From: Chlorobiota bacterium
GTDB lineage: Bacteria > Bacteroidota > Ignavibacteria > Kapaibacteriales > NICIL-2
Assembly (NCBI GenBank): GCA_039810585.1
Contig: JBDHXF010000003.1
Location: forward strand, 93,946-157,945
DNA: 64,000 nucleotides
Direction of reading: 5' to 3'
Position 1 is the stretch's first letter, and each line of letters starts with the position of its first letter. The notes beneath the pieces were generated by a model that saw nothing but the letters and a program-made list of their open reading frames with translations, had not been told where the DNA came from and searched no databases. The position numbers and the translations under genes were made by a program. Of the stretch, positions 1-10,032 are shown in pieces.

Positions 1-850
1 GCGTAAAATTCTGATACTGATCAACTAAGCTCTCGGGCATATCCACGTATTCAATCGTCGTTTCTTGTCCCAGAGCATTGAAGACCGCCGAAGCCAGCTC
101 ATTCCAGCTTCTGGCCATGCCTGTGCCAAGATTGTAGATGCCACTCAGCGAGGAATCCTGTTGGATTTTCCAGAGCACATCACTGACATCGTTCACGTAG
201 ATAAAATCTCTTTTCTGTTCACCGTCGGCATACTCCGCTATGGTGCTTCGAAAGAGCTTGACCCGGCCACTTTCTTTCACTTGTCGGTAGGCTTTATATA
301 CCATGCTGGCCATCGATCCTTTATGTGCTTCGTTGGGACCGAAGACATTGAAGAATTTCAGACCGCAGAGTCGATCATCCAAGGCATTCTGCCTGACCCA
401 AAGGTCGAACACATGCTTAGAAAAACCGTACATGTTCAGAGGCCGCAAGGAATCGAAAACGGTGTCTTCGTATCCATACTCGCCCAAACCGTAGGTTGCC
501 GCCGAGCTTGCGTAGATCATGCGAATGTCGTGCTGTACACAGTACATCGCAAGCTTTACGCTGTAGTGATAGTTGTTTTCAAAGAGATAATCTCCATCTC
601 GTTCCGTGGTATCCGTGCAGGCACCCAAATGAACGATGAGATCAATGCTATCCTGGAAGGAACCTTGCTCTAAGCCGTAGAGAAAGGCATCCTTGTCAAT
701 CATCGTGCGAAACTTCTTCCCAACGCAGTTCTTCCACTTTTCCGACTGACCGAAATGATCGACAACAAGGATATCATCTATACCCTCATGGTTGAGTCGT
801 TTCAAATAGTTGCTGCCGATAAAGCCGGCACCACCGGTCAGAACAATCAT
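1..850 (-). CDS. hldD: ADP-L-glycero-D-manno-heptose 6-epimerase. The gene's 3' end lies before the window start; the N-terminus is at 850.
   Basis: Reverse translation begins MIVLTGGAGFIGSN...HLGACTDTTE...MIYASSAATYG...MYGFSKHVFD...FFNVFGPNEAHKGSMASM. These are Rossmann GxGxxG and YxxxK epimerase motifs, and the protein is colinear with HldD/RfaD. The listed + strand ORF 65..673 is its antisense shadow. Confidence 0.85.
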   Translation of the reverse strand, partial: MIVLTGGAGFIGSNYLKRLNHEGIDDILVVDHFGQSEKWKNCVGKKFRTMIDKDAFLYGLEQGSFQDSIDLIVHLGACTDTTERDGDYLFENNYHYSVKLAMYCVQHDIRMIYASSAATYGLGEYGYEDTVFDSLRPLNMYGFSKHVFDLWVRQNALDDRLCGLKFFNVFGPNEAHKGSMASMVYKAYRQVKESGRVKLFRSTIAEYADGEQKRDFIYVNDVSDVLWKIQQDSSLSGIYNLGTGMARSWNELASAVFNALGQETTIEYVDMPESLVDQYQNFT

Positions 851-896
851 GTGGCATCAACTCCGGAAAAAAGAAAGCTCCGTTAGGGGAGTTTCA

Positions 897-930
897 ATTC
901 GAGCGCAGCATGCTGCGCTCGAATAAGAAA
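897..930 (-). terminator. Perfect 28-bp palindromic hairpin (attcgagcgcagcatgctgcgctcgaat) immediately downstream of atpA. It has no U-tract. On the minus strand its 5' flank reads TTCTTATTCG, making it copy D of the dispersed motif.
   Basis: Seen directly. It lies between the atpA stop (957) and the hldD start (850). Confidence 0.45.
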
Positions 931-956
931 AACATCGCGACGATTTAAAGCGCCCG

Positions 957-2510
957 TTAAGCCAGCGTGCGTTTGAATCCATCCACAAAATGACCTAGCG
1001 CGTCGTCGAGCTTGACCTTGTTGTCAGCAGTGATTTCGCGATTCACACCAATACTATCGATCACGTCCTGATGCGCGCTATGCATGTACTCAAAGAACTC
1101 CTGTTCAAAGCGCTTCAGAGAATCCAACGGCAGTTCGTCAAGGTGTCCGTTTGTCGCAGCGTAGATAAGAAGAATCTGATCTTCCACCGGAACCGGAACA
1201 TACTGGTCTTGCTTGAGAATTTCCGTCAGGCGAGCACCACGACGAAGTTGTTGTTGTGTTGATTTGTCCAGGTCGGATCCGAACTTGGCGAAGGCTTCGA
1301 GTTCACGGAACATCGCGAGCTCGAGCTTCAAAGGACCGGCCACTTTCTTCATGGCTTTGATCTGAGCGTTACCGCCAACGCGCGAAACCGAGATACCAAC
1401 GTTCAAGGCGGGTCGAATACCGGCGTTGAACAAGCTGGGCTCGAGGTAAATCTGTCCGTCGGTGATGGAGATCACGTTCGTCGGAATGTAGGCTGATACG
1501 TCGCCTGCTTGTGTTTCGATAACCGGTAATGCGGTGAGTGAACCGGCGCCCAAATCGTCGCTTAGTTTCGAAGCGCGTTCGAGCAGGCGGCTGTGCAGAT
1601 AAAACACATCACCGGGATACGCCTCGCGTCCCGGCGGACGACGCAACAGCAGGGAAACCTGACGGTAGGCTGCGGCTTGCTTCGTTAAGTCGTCATAGAT
1701 GATCATAGCGTGGCGTCCGCTATCGCGGAAATACTCGCCCATCGACGTGCCGCAATAGGGGGCAACGAATTGTAGTGGGGCTGGATCGGCAGCGCTCGCA
1801 ACCACGATTGTGGTGTATTCCATCGCGCCATACTTTTCCAAGGTCGCCACGACGTTCGCAAGGGTTGATCCTTTTTGACCAACCGCCACGTAGATACAGT
1901 ACATCGGATTGATGCCGCGAGCTTTCGCTTCAGCCGTATGCGTGTACTTCTGGTTAATAATGGCATCGATAGCCACAGCAGTTTTACCGGTTTGACGGTC
2001 GCCAATAATCAACTCCCGTTGACCACGGCCGATAGGAATCAACGCGTCAATAGCCTTGATCCCGGTCTGTAGCGGCTCCTTTACCCCTTGGCGATGAATC
2101 ACACCAAGTGCTTTACGTTCAATAGGTAAAGAGTGCGGTGTGTTGATCGCACCTTTGCCGTCGATGGGGACGCCAAGCGGATTGACAACGCGACCTAGCA
2201 TTGCTTCGCCAACGGGGACGGAAGCAATGCGGCCGGTGCGCTTGACTTGGTCGCCTTCTTTTACAAGTCGGTCGTCACCAAACAACACCACCCCCACGTT
2301 GTCTTCTTCCAGGTTAAGCACCATGCCTAAAACGTTATTCGGAAACTCAACGAGTTCCGATGCCATACAATTATTGAGACCGTACACGCGCGCTACACCG
2401 TCGCCCACTTGGAGTACTGTTCCCACTTCCAAGACTTCGGTTTCCTTTTCAAAACCGGCGAGCTGACGACGCAGTATCGCTGAGATCTCATCGGGTCGAA
2501 CTTCTGCCAT
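957..2510 (-). CDS. atpA: F-type ATP synthase F1 alpha subunit
   Basis: 517 aa. Walker A GDRQTGKT is present, and the protein aligns end to end with AtpA. Confidence 0.97.
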   Translation of the reverse strand: MAEVRPDEISAILRRQLAGFEKETEVLEVGTVLQVGDGVARVYGLNNCMASELVEFPNNVLGMVLNLEEDNVGVVLFGDDRLVKEGDQVKRTGRIASVPVGEAMLGRVVNPLGVPIDGKGAINTPHSLPIERKALGVIHRQGVKEPLQTGIKAIDALIPIGRGQRELIIGDRQTGKTAVAIDAIINQKYTHTAEAKARGINPMYCIYVAVGQKGSTLANVVATLEKYGAMEYTTIVVASAADPAPLQFVAPYCGTSMGEYFRDSGRHAMIIYDDLTKQAAAYRQVSLLLRRPPGREAYPGDVFYLHSRLLERASKLSDDLGAGSLTALPVIETQAGDVSAYIPTNVISITDGQIYLEPSLFNAGIRPALNVGISVSRVGGNAQIKAMKKVAGPLKLELAMFRELEAFAKFGSDLDKSTQQQLRRGARLTEILKQDQYVPVPVEDQILLIYAATNGHLDELPLDSLKRFEQEFFEYMHSAHQDVIDSIGVNREITADNKVKLDDALGHFVDGFKRTLA

Positions 2511-2719
2511 TGTATTCCTCTGATAAAGTGTTTAGTTTTTCGTATCGTGTTTCAACTTGTGCATCGTAGTGATGCTTTGTCTGCGTTGACCCCTCGGTCA
2601 ATCTACCAGTCTGCTCGTCGCACTCACGTTTGTCATGCACCGCCGAGCTCTGTTGGTGTGCTACTCGAGACAGAAGTCTTTCCGCAGCTACATCTAGGGC
2701 TTGGTGGATATCACCGCAG

Positions 2720-3280
2720 TTAATTCATCGCTGAACGCACGCCATCGCGAATGAGCGAATCATGCAGACGAGTCAATTGAGTGCGCAACGACGAATCGAG
2801 AAGCTGATCACCAATTTGAATCATCAAGCCACCTTTCAAACCGGGATCGACAACGTAGCGGGCAATGGGTTTTCTTTGAACTCGTTGGTGCACCCCGTGC
2901 TCAATTGCGGCTTTTTCTTTGTCGTCCAACGCAATCGCGCTACTCACCGTTATTTGAACAAAGCCAAATTCCAGCGTGTACAATTCGAAGAACTGAAGAA
3001 AAATCTCCTCGGTGATATCCTCGCGATTCTTCGAGCAAAGAATTCCGAGAAAAGCTTTCGTCAATTCCGAAATCTTACCTTCGAACGCTTCAAAGAGAAG
3101 TCCCTTCTTTTTCCAGCTCTGAATAACCGGTGAGCGAAGAACAGCCTTCAAATCCTTGGCTGCCGCAATGGTGTTGACGATGAGGTCAGCATCTCGCCGA
3201 ACACGCTCGAGCGAGTTGTCCATTTTTGCTGATTTAAACAGCGCCAAAGCATAGCGCTTCGCAACGCGAAGATGTTTCAT
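2720..3280 (-). CDS. atpH: F-type ATP synthase delta (OSCP) subunit
   Basis: 186 aa, with the OSCP-like N-terminus MKHLRVAKRYALALF. It sits between atpF and atpA. Confidence 0.85.
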   Translation of the reverse strand: MKHLRVAKRYALALFKSAKMDNSLERVRRDADLIVNTIAAAKDLKAVLRSPVIQSWKKKGLLFEAFEGKISELTKAFLGILCSKNREDITEEIFLQFFELYTLEFGFVQITVSSAIALDDKEKAAIEHGVHQRVQRKPIARYVVDPGLKGGLMIQIGDQLLDSSLRTQLTRLHDSLIRDGVRSAMN

Positions 3281-3363
3281 AGGTATCTGTATTCTGAAGT
3301 GGTCCTAATCACTGCGATGTTTCGCGCAAGACTTGACAGGCACTTCCTTGTTTCAAAGTCGGA

Positions 3364-3858
3364 TTAATTTTTTGCTACTTGCGCAATGGACGACTCAATG
3401 AGACGTTTGTGAGCATCTGCATCCAGTTTTGTGTCCAACACTTTTTCGGTAGCCTGCATCACCAGATTTGCAACGTCGGCTTGAAGTGCGGCAAAGGTTT
3501 CGTCCTTTACGCGTTCCATTTCCTTCTTTGCTTCGTCCAGCTTCTGCGTCTTTACTTTCTCGGCTTCTTCCGCTGCTCGGGCAACGGTTTTTTCTGCCTG
3601 CGCACGACCGTCCTTAATAATATTCATCATTTCAACCTGTGCGCCACTGAGCTTGTCCGAAGCTTCTTTCAACAATCGTTGAGCTTCTTTGTTGGCATTC
3701 TCAGCACTGCTGATCGAATCCTGAATAGCCTTTTCACGAGCATCCAGTGAGTCTTTCATCGGTTTCCACCCAAACTTCACGATGATGAAGAGGAAGATTC
3801 CAAAGTTGACGAGAGTCCAGAAGATGAGCCCGGGACTAATATTGAGAACTGCATCCAT
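3364..3858 (-). CDS. atpF: F-type ATP synthase F0 subunit b
   Basis: 164 aa with a single N-terminal TM helix followed by a long charged coiled coil. Position in the operon supports the call. Confidence 0.85.
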   Translation of the reverse strand: MDAVLNISPGLIFWTLVNFGIFLFIIVKFGWKPMKDSLDAREKAIQDSISSAENANKEAQRLLKEASDKLSGAQVEMMNIIKDGRAQAEKTVARAAEEAEKVKTQKLDEAKKEMERVKDETFAALQADVANLVMQATEKVLDTKLDADAHKRLIESSIAQVAKN

Positions 3859-4058
3859 GAAAGTGGTGTTGTGTTAGTGATTACATTCCTTAAGCCGAAG
3901 AGCGACGAACTGATGAAAACGCTCCCTGCACTCGTCGTGTTAAGAAAGGTATCGCCTGTATTAGTCACAAGGAAATCGACAGACTAGAGTACCGCGATGA
4001 ATGTGACGCGGTGCAGTCCTCTCGCAAAAGAGGACTGCACCACAATCCACAATTCTTC

Positions 4059-4322
4059 TTATGCCTTGATAGCCAGAAGGACGCACACAACCATTGCGAA
4101 CAGCGCCACACCTTCGATGAGGGCAGCACCAATGATCATCGTAGCGCGGATATCGCCGGCAGCTTCCGGCTGACGTGCACCGGCTTCAAGTGCCGAAGCA
4201 GCCAGACGACCAATACCACTACCGACACCAATCACGGTTACACCGCAACCAAGACCGGCACCTAACCAGGCTAAACCCGTTGCTGTGGCATGCGCTACTG
4301 CTGCGGTTTGATCTGGATTCAT
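4059..4322 (-). CDS. atpE: F-type ATP synthase F0 subunit c
   Basis: 87 aa with a two-helix hairpin. The conserved ARQPE loop and a carboxylate in helix 2 (IEGVALF) are present. Confidence 0.92.
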   Translation of the reverse strand: MNPDQTAAVAHATATGLAWLGAGLGCGVTVIGVGSGIGRLAASALEAGARQPEAAGDIRATMIIGAALIEGVALFAMVVCVLLAIKA

Positions 4323-4393
4323 TGTAAACTCCTAAGAATAAGTGGGTAAAAAATATGATGAATGACGAAAGAAAAAACTGATCGTATGTCGAA

Positions 4394-5554
4394 TTAGTGA
4401 TGAGCACCGTGTGGATTCTCGCTCTTGTGGTCTCCAATGGCAAGTCCGGTAAACACAGCCGTCAACATCGTAAAGATGTAGGCTTGCAGAAAGCACACCA
4501 GCGTCTCGATGAAATACACAAACACCGAAAAACCTACCGCTACCACCGAAGCTCCATAGCCACCTGCCGGCCCCCATAGCTTAGCACAGAAAAAGATCAG
4601 GCCTACCAGGGTAAGCAGAACGATGTGACCGGCTGTCATGTTGGCGAACAAACGGACTGTGAGTGCAAAGGGTTTGGTGAAGATTCCAATGACTTCAATC
4701 GGGATCATGATAATGCCCAAGTACCATGGCGCGCCTCCAAGCAGGTGATACAAATAGGCTCGAATGCCCGCTTCCCGTAGGGCGACAACGTTAATGACAA
4801 TAAGAGCCGTTAACGCCAGTGCCGACGTAAATCCTATGGCACCGGTTGCTGCATGCATTCCGGGGAACAAACCGATGTAGTTGAGAATAAAGATGAAGAA
4901 GAAGATTGTCAGGAAGTAGGGCATGAGCTGGTTGGTGACCCGACTGGTGCCAACGTTCGGACGGATTACTTCATCTCGTAAATACAAGACCAACATTTCG
5001 AAGGCGTTTTGCAGTCCCTTCGGTGCCGCCAACGGAGCTTTTTTGTACCGACGGGATGCTTTCCATGCCACAAAAAACATGATGACGATGGCGAGCCACT
5101 CGTACACCACGAGGTTGGTAATCGAAAAATCGAAGGATGCAGTTTGCGGCTTGCCGTCCACCAAAATCACTTCACCATGATTTGCCTTTACCGGCTGCTT
5201 GTCAAATCGAGCAGTTTCCTTGGATTCAGAGTGAAACATCACGTAACTGCCTTCTTCCTCCATCACCTCAGGATTTTTCCAAGCGTGTAGACCGTTTTCA
5301 TCGTAGACGATTATCGGAAGAACCTCGGCATTGACAAAGGCCATGCTGAGCTCGTGATGGTCGCCCAACTCACTCAACAGATGGTCAAAAATGCGCTCCT
5401 GCGGAACAGCATTTGGATCTTCGGCCTTGTGCTCGTGATGGGCATGCATTGCCTCACCATGTTCGCTGCCAACTACCGGTGCCGATGTCGACTCCTGCGC
5501 AGATGCCTGCGCATGGGTGTTTTGCTGTGCTTCGCTTTGTGTGGTATCGCTCAT
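4394..5554 (-). CDS. atpB: F-type ATP synthase F0 subunit a, carrying a 150-aa His/acidic-rich N-terminal extension and a His-rich C-terminal tail. The true start may lie downstream of 5554.
   Basis: The C-terminal 230 aa are typical subunit a (LTVRLFANMTAGH, FLQAYIFTML). The N-terminus reads HAHHEHKAEDPN and the C-terminus HKSENPHGAHH. Confidence 0.88.
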   Translation of the reverse strand: MSDTTQSEAQQNTHAQASAQESTSAPVVGSEHGEAMHAHHEHKAEDPNAVPQERIFDHLLSELGDHHELSMAFVNAEVLPIIVYDENGLHAWKNPEVMEEEGSYVMFHSESKETARFDKQPVKANHGEVILVDGKPQTASFDFSITNLVVYEWLAIVIMFFVAWKASRRYKKAPLAAPKGLQNAFEMLVLYLRDEVIRPNVGTSRVTNQLMPYFLTIFFFIFILNYIGLFPGMHAATGAIGFTSALALTALIVINVVALREAGIRAYLYHLLGGAPWYLGIIMIPIEVIGIFTKPFALTVRLFANMTAGHIVLLTLVGLIFFCAKLWGPAGGYGASVVAVGFSVFVYFIETLVCFLQAYIFTMLTAVFTGLAIGDHKSENPHGAHH

Positions 5555-5689
5555 AATATGTTAGAACGTGTCAGTCCAAATCGTGAGTTGACGTCATGCA
5601 CACGCTGTGCAGCTATCGCCTCAATCTTTTCTCTACCATTCTCCCTAACCGTCTCCCTACCTCTCTTCCAAACATTCTAACGCGCTCAG

Positions 5690-6031
5690 CTATTCATCTC
5701 GTTTGACTCTGCGTTTTCGGTAGTAGGGTTTGGGTGCTGCCTTGGTTGTTGTATGAAAAAAAAATGTTTCGATCATCAACAACAGAAAAAACGAAATCAT
5801 CAGCGCCAATGTAAAGGATGCGACGTGAAGATTCCAGAACGACAATGCCATCCATGTAAGAATGGCAACGATGAACAAACGCACAACCATTCCACCGACA
5901 ACAATCCCTAGCGCCTTCTTCAAAGGTAACTTCGATGATCGGCGCGCCAGTAGGTATCCTGCCCCGGCATTCAACGCACTAAGCGAGATACCAGCCGCTA
6001 CTCCTACTACTTCCGGTGGGAGGTCTGCCAA
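5690..6031 (-). CDS. AtpI-like small membrane protein (ATP synthase protein I family)
   Basis: 113 aa with three predicted TM segments, immediately upstream of atpB in the same operon. Confidence 0.5.
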   Translation of the reverse strand: MADLPPEVVGVAAGISLSALNAGAGYLLARRSSKLPLKKALGIVVGGMVVRLFIVAILTWMALSFWNLHVASFTLALMISFFLLLMIETFFFHTTTKAAPKPYYRKRRVKRDE

Positions 6032-6044
6032 TGCTTAAATCTCC

Positions 6045-6362
6045 TCAGTGGCTATGGTCGCGTGCTTCACGATCGTCCTCGTTGTTCTTGTTCCGGTTTG
6101 CAGTACTCGTGACACGAGTTAAGGTTCGTATCCCTTGTACCAACCCGGCTGCCGCTCCCACCAGCCCACACACACCGGTCCACAAGGGACTAGTTGCATA
6201 GCGCTCATCCAGATACCATCCAAGCGCAACACAGAGTAATACCGTTAGCGCTAACTGCGTTCCCACACTCATTAATGGTGCGAGTTCACGATAGATGCGA
6301 GCGGACGTACTGTGCTGTCTCTCAGGATGCTTCATGACGAAGCGATGAACGGGAACAGACAC
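6045..6362 (-). CDS. AtpZ/AtpR-like small membrane protein (putative F0F1-ATPase-associated subunit)
   Basis: 105 aa. The motif LALTVLLCVALGWYLDERYATSPLWTGVCGLVGAAAGL matches the G..LD...G..LG..G pattern of the ATPase_gene1 family. It is the first gene of the atp operon. Confidence 0.5.
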   Translation of the reverse strand: MSVPVHRFVMKHPERQHSTSARIYRELAPLMSVGTQLALTVLLCVALGWYLDERYATSPLWTGVCGLVGAAAGLVQGIRTLTRVTSTANRNKNNEDDREARDHSH

Positions 6363-6477
6363 GCAAAAATAGGGGGAGAAGGCTACTTAACAATAAAGGA
6401 GAGCCCGTTTGTGGATAAAAAAGGGCATTCTGGTGTGAATTGATAGATACTTGTATCTCCTCTTGTTACGCGCAGAA

Positions 6478-6505
6478 TTCGGGACTGCCCCCGGCAGCCC
6501 CGAAT
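6478..6505 (-). terminator. 12-bp-stem hairpin (ttcgggactgcc-cccg-gcagccccgaa) flanked by GAATTC sites, 70 nt downstream of the TMTC-like gene. It has no U-tract.
   Basis: Seen directly. A second small palindrome, agatacttgtatct, lies at 6446..6459. Confidence 0.3.
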
Positions 6506-6574
6506 AAGAATTCATTTGAACGAAGACCCTGTCTATCTGACCGGTTCTTTACCGACATCAGGATAAACGCCTCG

Positions 6575-8518
6575 CTATAGCTTTGGGGCTGCTCCGCCAA
6601 CTTCTTGTAAGTCGTTCTTTAGCAACTGGTTATTTGGGTCAACCTCTAAGCCCATTTGGATGTATGTTCGGGCCCTGTCTTTGTCCGCCCGTTTTTTGTA
6701 GTACATCTCATATCCAACCTTGTGATAAAAGGCAGGGAGGAGCGAATCATAGCGATGGGTACGGTTCAGGTACTGACAGTACTGATCGATGTAATCTACT
6801 TTGTCTTTAATGTCCGACATTGCAGCCAAGCCGTTGAGAAGACGCTGGATATCGTTATCCATCGTGAACTGCTCGGTGTACACACCGCTCATCATTTGAT
6901 GAGCCGCATGGTACTCGGGATTGATGCGCATCGATGTATTCAAGTAGGTTTCCGCTGTATCGAGCAGTGCCATACGCTGCGGAACCGTTTTTGTCGGGTC
7001 GGCTTTTGCCCTTAGGTAGCGCTGAAAATAATCAACTCCCATGAAGCAATTTGTCTCGCACGAAGCTTTGGACGTTTCGATATCAGCCTCATTCAAACTT
7101 GCTGTGTTCCGTAGCGCCGGCACACGATCGACGGTTTTCGCACTGAATCCCACAAGCATCAATGCCAATATTCCAACTCCCGCAAATCGAACGGTGCTTT
7201 CGTGTGTCGGGATCTTCGACGGTAAAAGATCAACCACGATGTAAGCCAATGCCAGTGCGAAACCGATTGACGAAAAGTAGAGGAACCTCTCGTTCATAAA
7301 CGACCCGATAGGGATCAGGAGGTTGGAGACGATGGAGAGAGCAATGAGGTAAAACCAAATGGAGTAGCTGATGACGTTCTTGCGGACAAGTCCCCACAGG
7401 GCGATGACGCTGAGGAGAACATAGGCTCCGATGGATAAAAGCGTGCGTATGTCTGACAATTCCATGATGGGAATCGCATAGGGATAGTAATCGTGGGTGA
7501 GTGGGTGCGGAAAGAAGCTCAGCTTGAGATACAGCCCTAGCGTGTACATAATGGTTGAATACTTCTGGACAAAACTCATCCCGTAGAACGGATTGTTCAT
7601 CAAGTCGGTTATCTCTTTGCCACTCAAAAAGTATCCGATCACCTGGTATCGAATCATCAGGTAGAATACAGTGGTGATGAGCAAGGGAGTGCTAACTCGA
7701 ATGAGTTGTTGACGCGTCACCGACCGGAAAGTGTACAAGGTCAGGGGAATGATGGCGACAAAGGTTATGGCGTTTTCTTTCGACAACAATCCCAGCAAAA
7801 GCATGATTCCGCTCATGATGAGCGAACCAAACTGTTCACGATCGACAAATTGAATGCTGTAGTATAAAGTGAGCAACGAAAAGCCCAACGTCATGATCTC
7901 ATCTCGTCCCTTAATATTGGCAACGACCTCGATGTGCAAGGGATGAACCACAAAAAGCATGGTTGCAATAAACGGGATGCCGAGATACCATGGTCGTTCC
8001 AGTGAGCGCGGAAAGAGTAACACCAAAATGTGGTACAGAAGTAAGCAGGTGAGAGCATACATCAACACATTGATGAAGTGCGAGATCGCGGGATTGCCGG
8101 TCTGCAGTCGAACACCGCGCGCGTCGTTTTGCGGATTGCCCCATTCGTCACTCTTCGGAGATTCAAAGAACTGTCGTTCGATCGCAAAGGTGACGATCGA
8201 AAGGGGACGATATCGCGCCCCGGCTACCAAGTCCATCCGTTTTTGAAAGTAGCCCTCAAAACTCTCGTGTGATAAAATATCCTTTATGCCGGCAAAACCC
8301 TTGTTGGTGTACACATTGTCGGTGATCACAATCTTATCGTCCAACACATAGTCATAACTCACCGTGCTGATGTACAACGCCACACTGGCGAGTACGATCA
8401 CGAGAGCCTCGGGAACGTGCCGACGCCAAAAGTCAATCATTCCCAGGTGTTGCACTGCTGCGCGTTTTTTGGTAGGCGCAGACTTTTCGACCGGAGTTTT
8501 CTTGTTCTTGTGTGCCAT
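6575..8518 (-). CDS. Polytopic membrane protein of the TMTC/PMT_2 type (DUF1736 glycosyltransferase-39-like) with C-terminal TPR repeats
   Basis: 647 aa. YVLDDKIVITDN...GIKDIL is the DUF1736 signature. There are more than 10 TM helices, followed by a TPR-like C-terminal third. Confidence 0.6.
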   Translation of the reverse strand: MAHKNKKTPVEKSAPTKKRAAVQHLGMIDFWRRHVPEALVIVLASVALYISTVSYDYVLDDKIVITDNVYTNKGFAGIKDILSHESFEGYFQKRMDLVAGARYRPLSIVTFAIERQFFESPKSDEWGNPQNDARGVRLQTGNPAISHFINVLMYALTCLLLYHILVLLFPRSLERPWYLGIPFIATMLFVVHPLHIEVVANIKGRDEIMTLGFSLLTLYYSIQFVDREQFGSLIMSGIMLLLGLLSKENAITFVAIIPLTLYTFRSVTRQQLIRVSTPLLITTVFYLMIRYQVIGYFLSGKEITDLMNNPFYGMSFVQKYSTIMYTLGLYLKLSFFPHPLTHDYYPYAIPIMELSDIRTLLSIGAYVLLSVIALWGLVRKNVISYSIWFYLIALSIVSNLLIPIGSFMNERFLYFSSIGFALALAYIVVDLLPSKIPTHESTVRFAGVGILALMLVGFSAKTVDRVPALRNTASLNEADIETSKASCETNCFMGVDYFQRYLRAKADPTKTVPQRMALLDTAETYLNTSMRINPEYHAAHQMMSGVYTEQFTMDNDIQRLLNGLAAMSDIKDKVDYIDQYCQYLNRTHRYDSLLPAFYHKVGYEMYYKKRADKDRARTYIQMGLEVDPNNQLLKNDLQEVGGAAPKL

Positions 8519-8827
8519 AAGGATTCTGAATGCAATCTGTTATGTGATTTTTTATTCGTGCACGGCTTCGCCGTTTGCATGAGCGAGTGCGAAAAATTGA
8601 AGGCTGTTTCGACTCCACGCGCTGCACATGGATGTGCTTTGGATGAGGAACGCCTTTGTTCAAATATCGGCACTGACAGGCATTTGCGTAGCCTTTCCGC
8701 GGTACTGGCTCATGGCGGCGACCAACCTCTTATCAAGGCACTCTACACCACGTATCGTTTGTGGGTACGAGCCTGAAGGGCAGCGGCCGACAGTACATGG
8801 CGCGTCCGGCTACGAAGTGGACAGGCG

Positions 8828-8865
8828 AAAAAAAAGCCTCTGCGAAGAATCGCGGAGGCTTTTTT
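8828..8865 (-). terminator. Rho-independent terminator of the OmpA-like gene. On the plus strand it reads A8-gcctctgcg-aagaat-cgcggaggc-T6.
   Basis: Seen directly: a hairpin with a U-run, 23 nt after the stop at 8888. Confidence 0.7.
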
Positions 8866-8887
8866 GAATGTCAGACGACCTGAGATA

Positions 8888-9595
8888 TCAGACCTTTGTA
8901 AGAATGATGTAGGTAACGCCAACGTATCGACGACCTTTAGCACTCTTGCGAAGAGGAATTGGATTCAGAGGATCTATTTCTGAATTGGCGATGACGTGGA
9001 TTCGATCCGGTGAAACCCCGCCACGGACAAAGAAGTCACGAAGCGCATTAGCACGATCGGTGGTGAGTTTAGTATTGGCGTCCTTACTCTCCGACAAATC
9101 CGGATAGCAAGCGATACTAAACTGAACGTTAGGATTCATCACCATAGCGTCGCGTAAGGGCTGAAGCAGTTCCTCAGCGCCAGACTTCATGCGCGACTTC
9201 TTGTATTCGAAGGGAGAAATAGGCAAGTGCATTTTCGTGCCGACAACCATGGGGCGAGCCAACCAGTCGCGCGTTACTTCCGCATACTTGGCAGAGTTTG
9301 GAGTTGCAAACATGAACTCTTCACGGAAGTAGTCCGGGTGGTTGATTTGCACGCGGTACTTCGTACCCGGTTGCAAGGTAACGTAGTAGTAGCCGCCTTG
9401 AGCAGCGTTGCTTCGACAGCTTTGAACCTTCTTGCCGGATTCATCAAGGATATTGAGCGTCACTGTGACCGGACGCCGAGTAGTTTCGTCGAGAACCGTA
9501 CCGGTCAATCCGATGGTGGCACTGACTTGAGCGAACAGAGTGGGAGCAGTCAACATCAGACAGACTACACTCAGGAATACGCTTCGTTTCATCAT
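8888..9595 (-). CDS. Secreted protein with a carboxypeptidase-regulatory-like domain (CRD) plus a C-terminal OmpA_C peptidoglycan-binding domain
   Basis: The signal peptide is MMKRSVFLSVVCLMLTAPTLFAQ. The CRD reads LTGTVLDETTRRPVTVTLNILD..GGYYYVTLQPGTKY. The OmpA_C region reads TDRANALRDFFVRGGVSPDRIHV. The start codon overlaps the upstream stop (TAACATGATG). Confidence 0.7.
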   Translation of the reverse strand: MMKRSVFLSVVCLMLTAPTLFAQVSATIGLTGTVLDETTRRPVTVTLNILDESGKKVQSCRSNAAQGGYYYVTLQPGTKYRVQINHPDYFREEFMFATPNSAKYAEVTRDWLARPMVVGTKMHLPISPFEYKKSRMKSGAEELLQPLRDAMVMNPNVQFSIACYPDLSESKDANTKLTTDRANALRDFFVRGGVSPDRIHVIANSEIDPLNPIPLRKSAKGRRYVGVTYIILTKV

Positions 9596-9596
9596 G

Positions 9597-10028
9597 TTAT
9601 TTGCCTTTCTTGGTTTTTTTTGCTTTTGTTTTTCTCTTCGATTTGACCTTCTTGCCATTATCCTGCTGCGCGGGTTGCTCAGTAGGTGGAAGAGGAGCCT
9701 TTAAGCTGAAGTCCTGAGACATCTCCTTGTACTGTGCTCCATCCGGTGTTTTCAACGAAAACGTAAAGTGTTGAAAGTTTTCGTCGTCAATGCTGACTTT
9801 ATAGGACTCACCGGACTTCAGCACGGTCTGGTAGCTATTGTCGCCCGCGCTAGAGGCACGAACAGACTTTCCGCTATGATCCGTGAAGGTTATCTCGACG
9901 GGTTTGCCGGATGAATTATCAAGAATGTTCCCTTTAAGAAGAACGACGTTTTGACCTTGAGCCACACCATGCACGCTCATGCAAAGCAAAGCGGCAAGTA
10001 TGATGACATACCGGAGGTGTTTCATCAT
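9597..10028 (-). CDS. Small secreted CRD-like protein with a Lys-rich C-terminal tail
   Basis: 143 aa with a signal peptide. GNILDNSSGKPVEITFTD..GESYKVSIDDENF is CarboxypepD_reg-like. It is paralogous to the N-terminus of the downstream gene. Confidence 0.5.
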   Translation of the reverse strand: MMKHLRYVIILAALLCMSVHGVAQGQNVVLLKGNILDNSSGKPVEITFTDHSGKSVRASSAGDNSYQTVLKSGESYKVSIDDENFQHFTFSLKTPDGAQYKEMSQDFSLKAPLPPTEQPAQQDNGKKVKSKRKTKAKKTKKGK

Positions 10029-10032
10029 ACAC

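Noticed and set aside
65-673. 202-aa + strand ORF at the window start
   Set aside because: It is the antisense shadow of hldD. The minus strand gives a full-length, colinear HldD protein..
6100-6160. tRNA-like T-arm sequence (aggttcgtatccc...acca-like)
   Set aside because: It lies inside the well-formed AtpZ-like ORF. No cloverleaf (D or anticodon arms) can be built and the T-loop is non-canonical.
957-6362. Possible N-type (Na+) ATPase operon, suggested by the atpZ/atpI-like genes
   Set aside because: A delta (OSCP) subunit gene is present and the gene order is a-c-b-delta-alpha. N-ATPase operons lack delta and start with beta/epsilon. This is an ordinary F-type operon, split.
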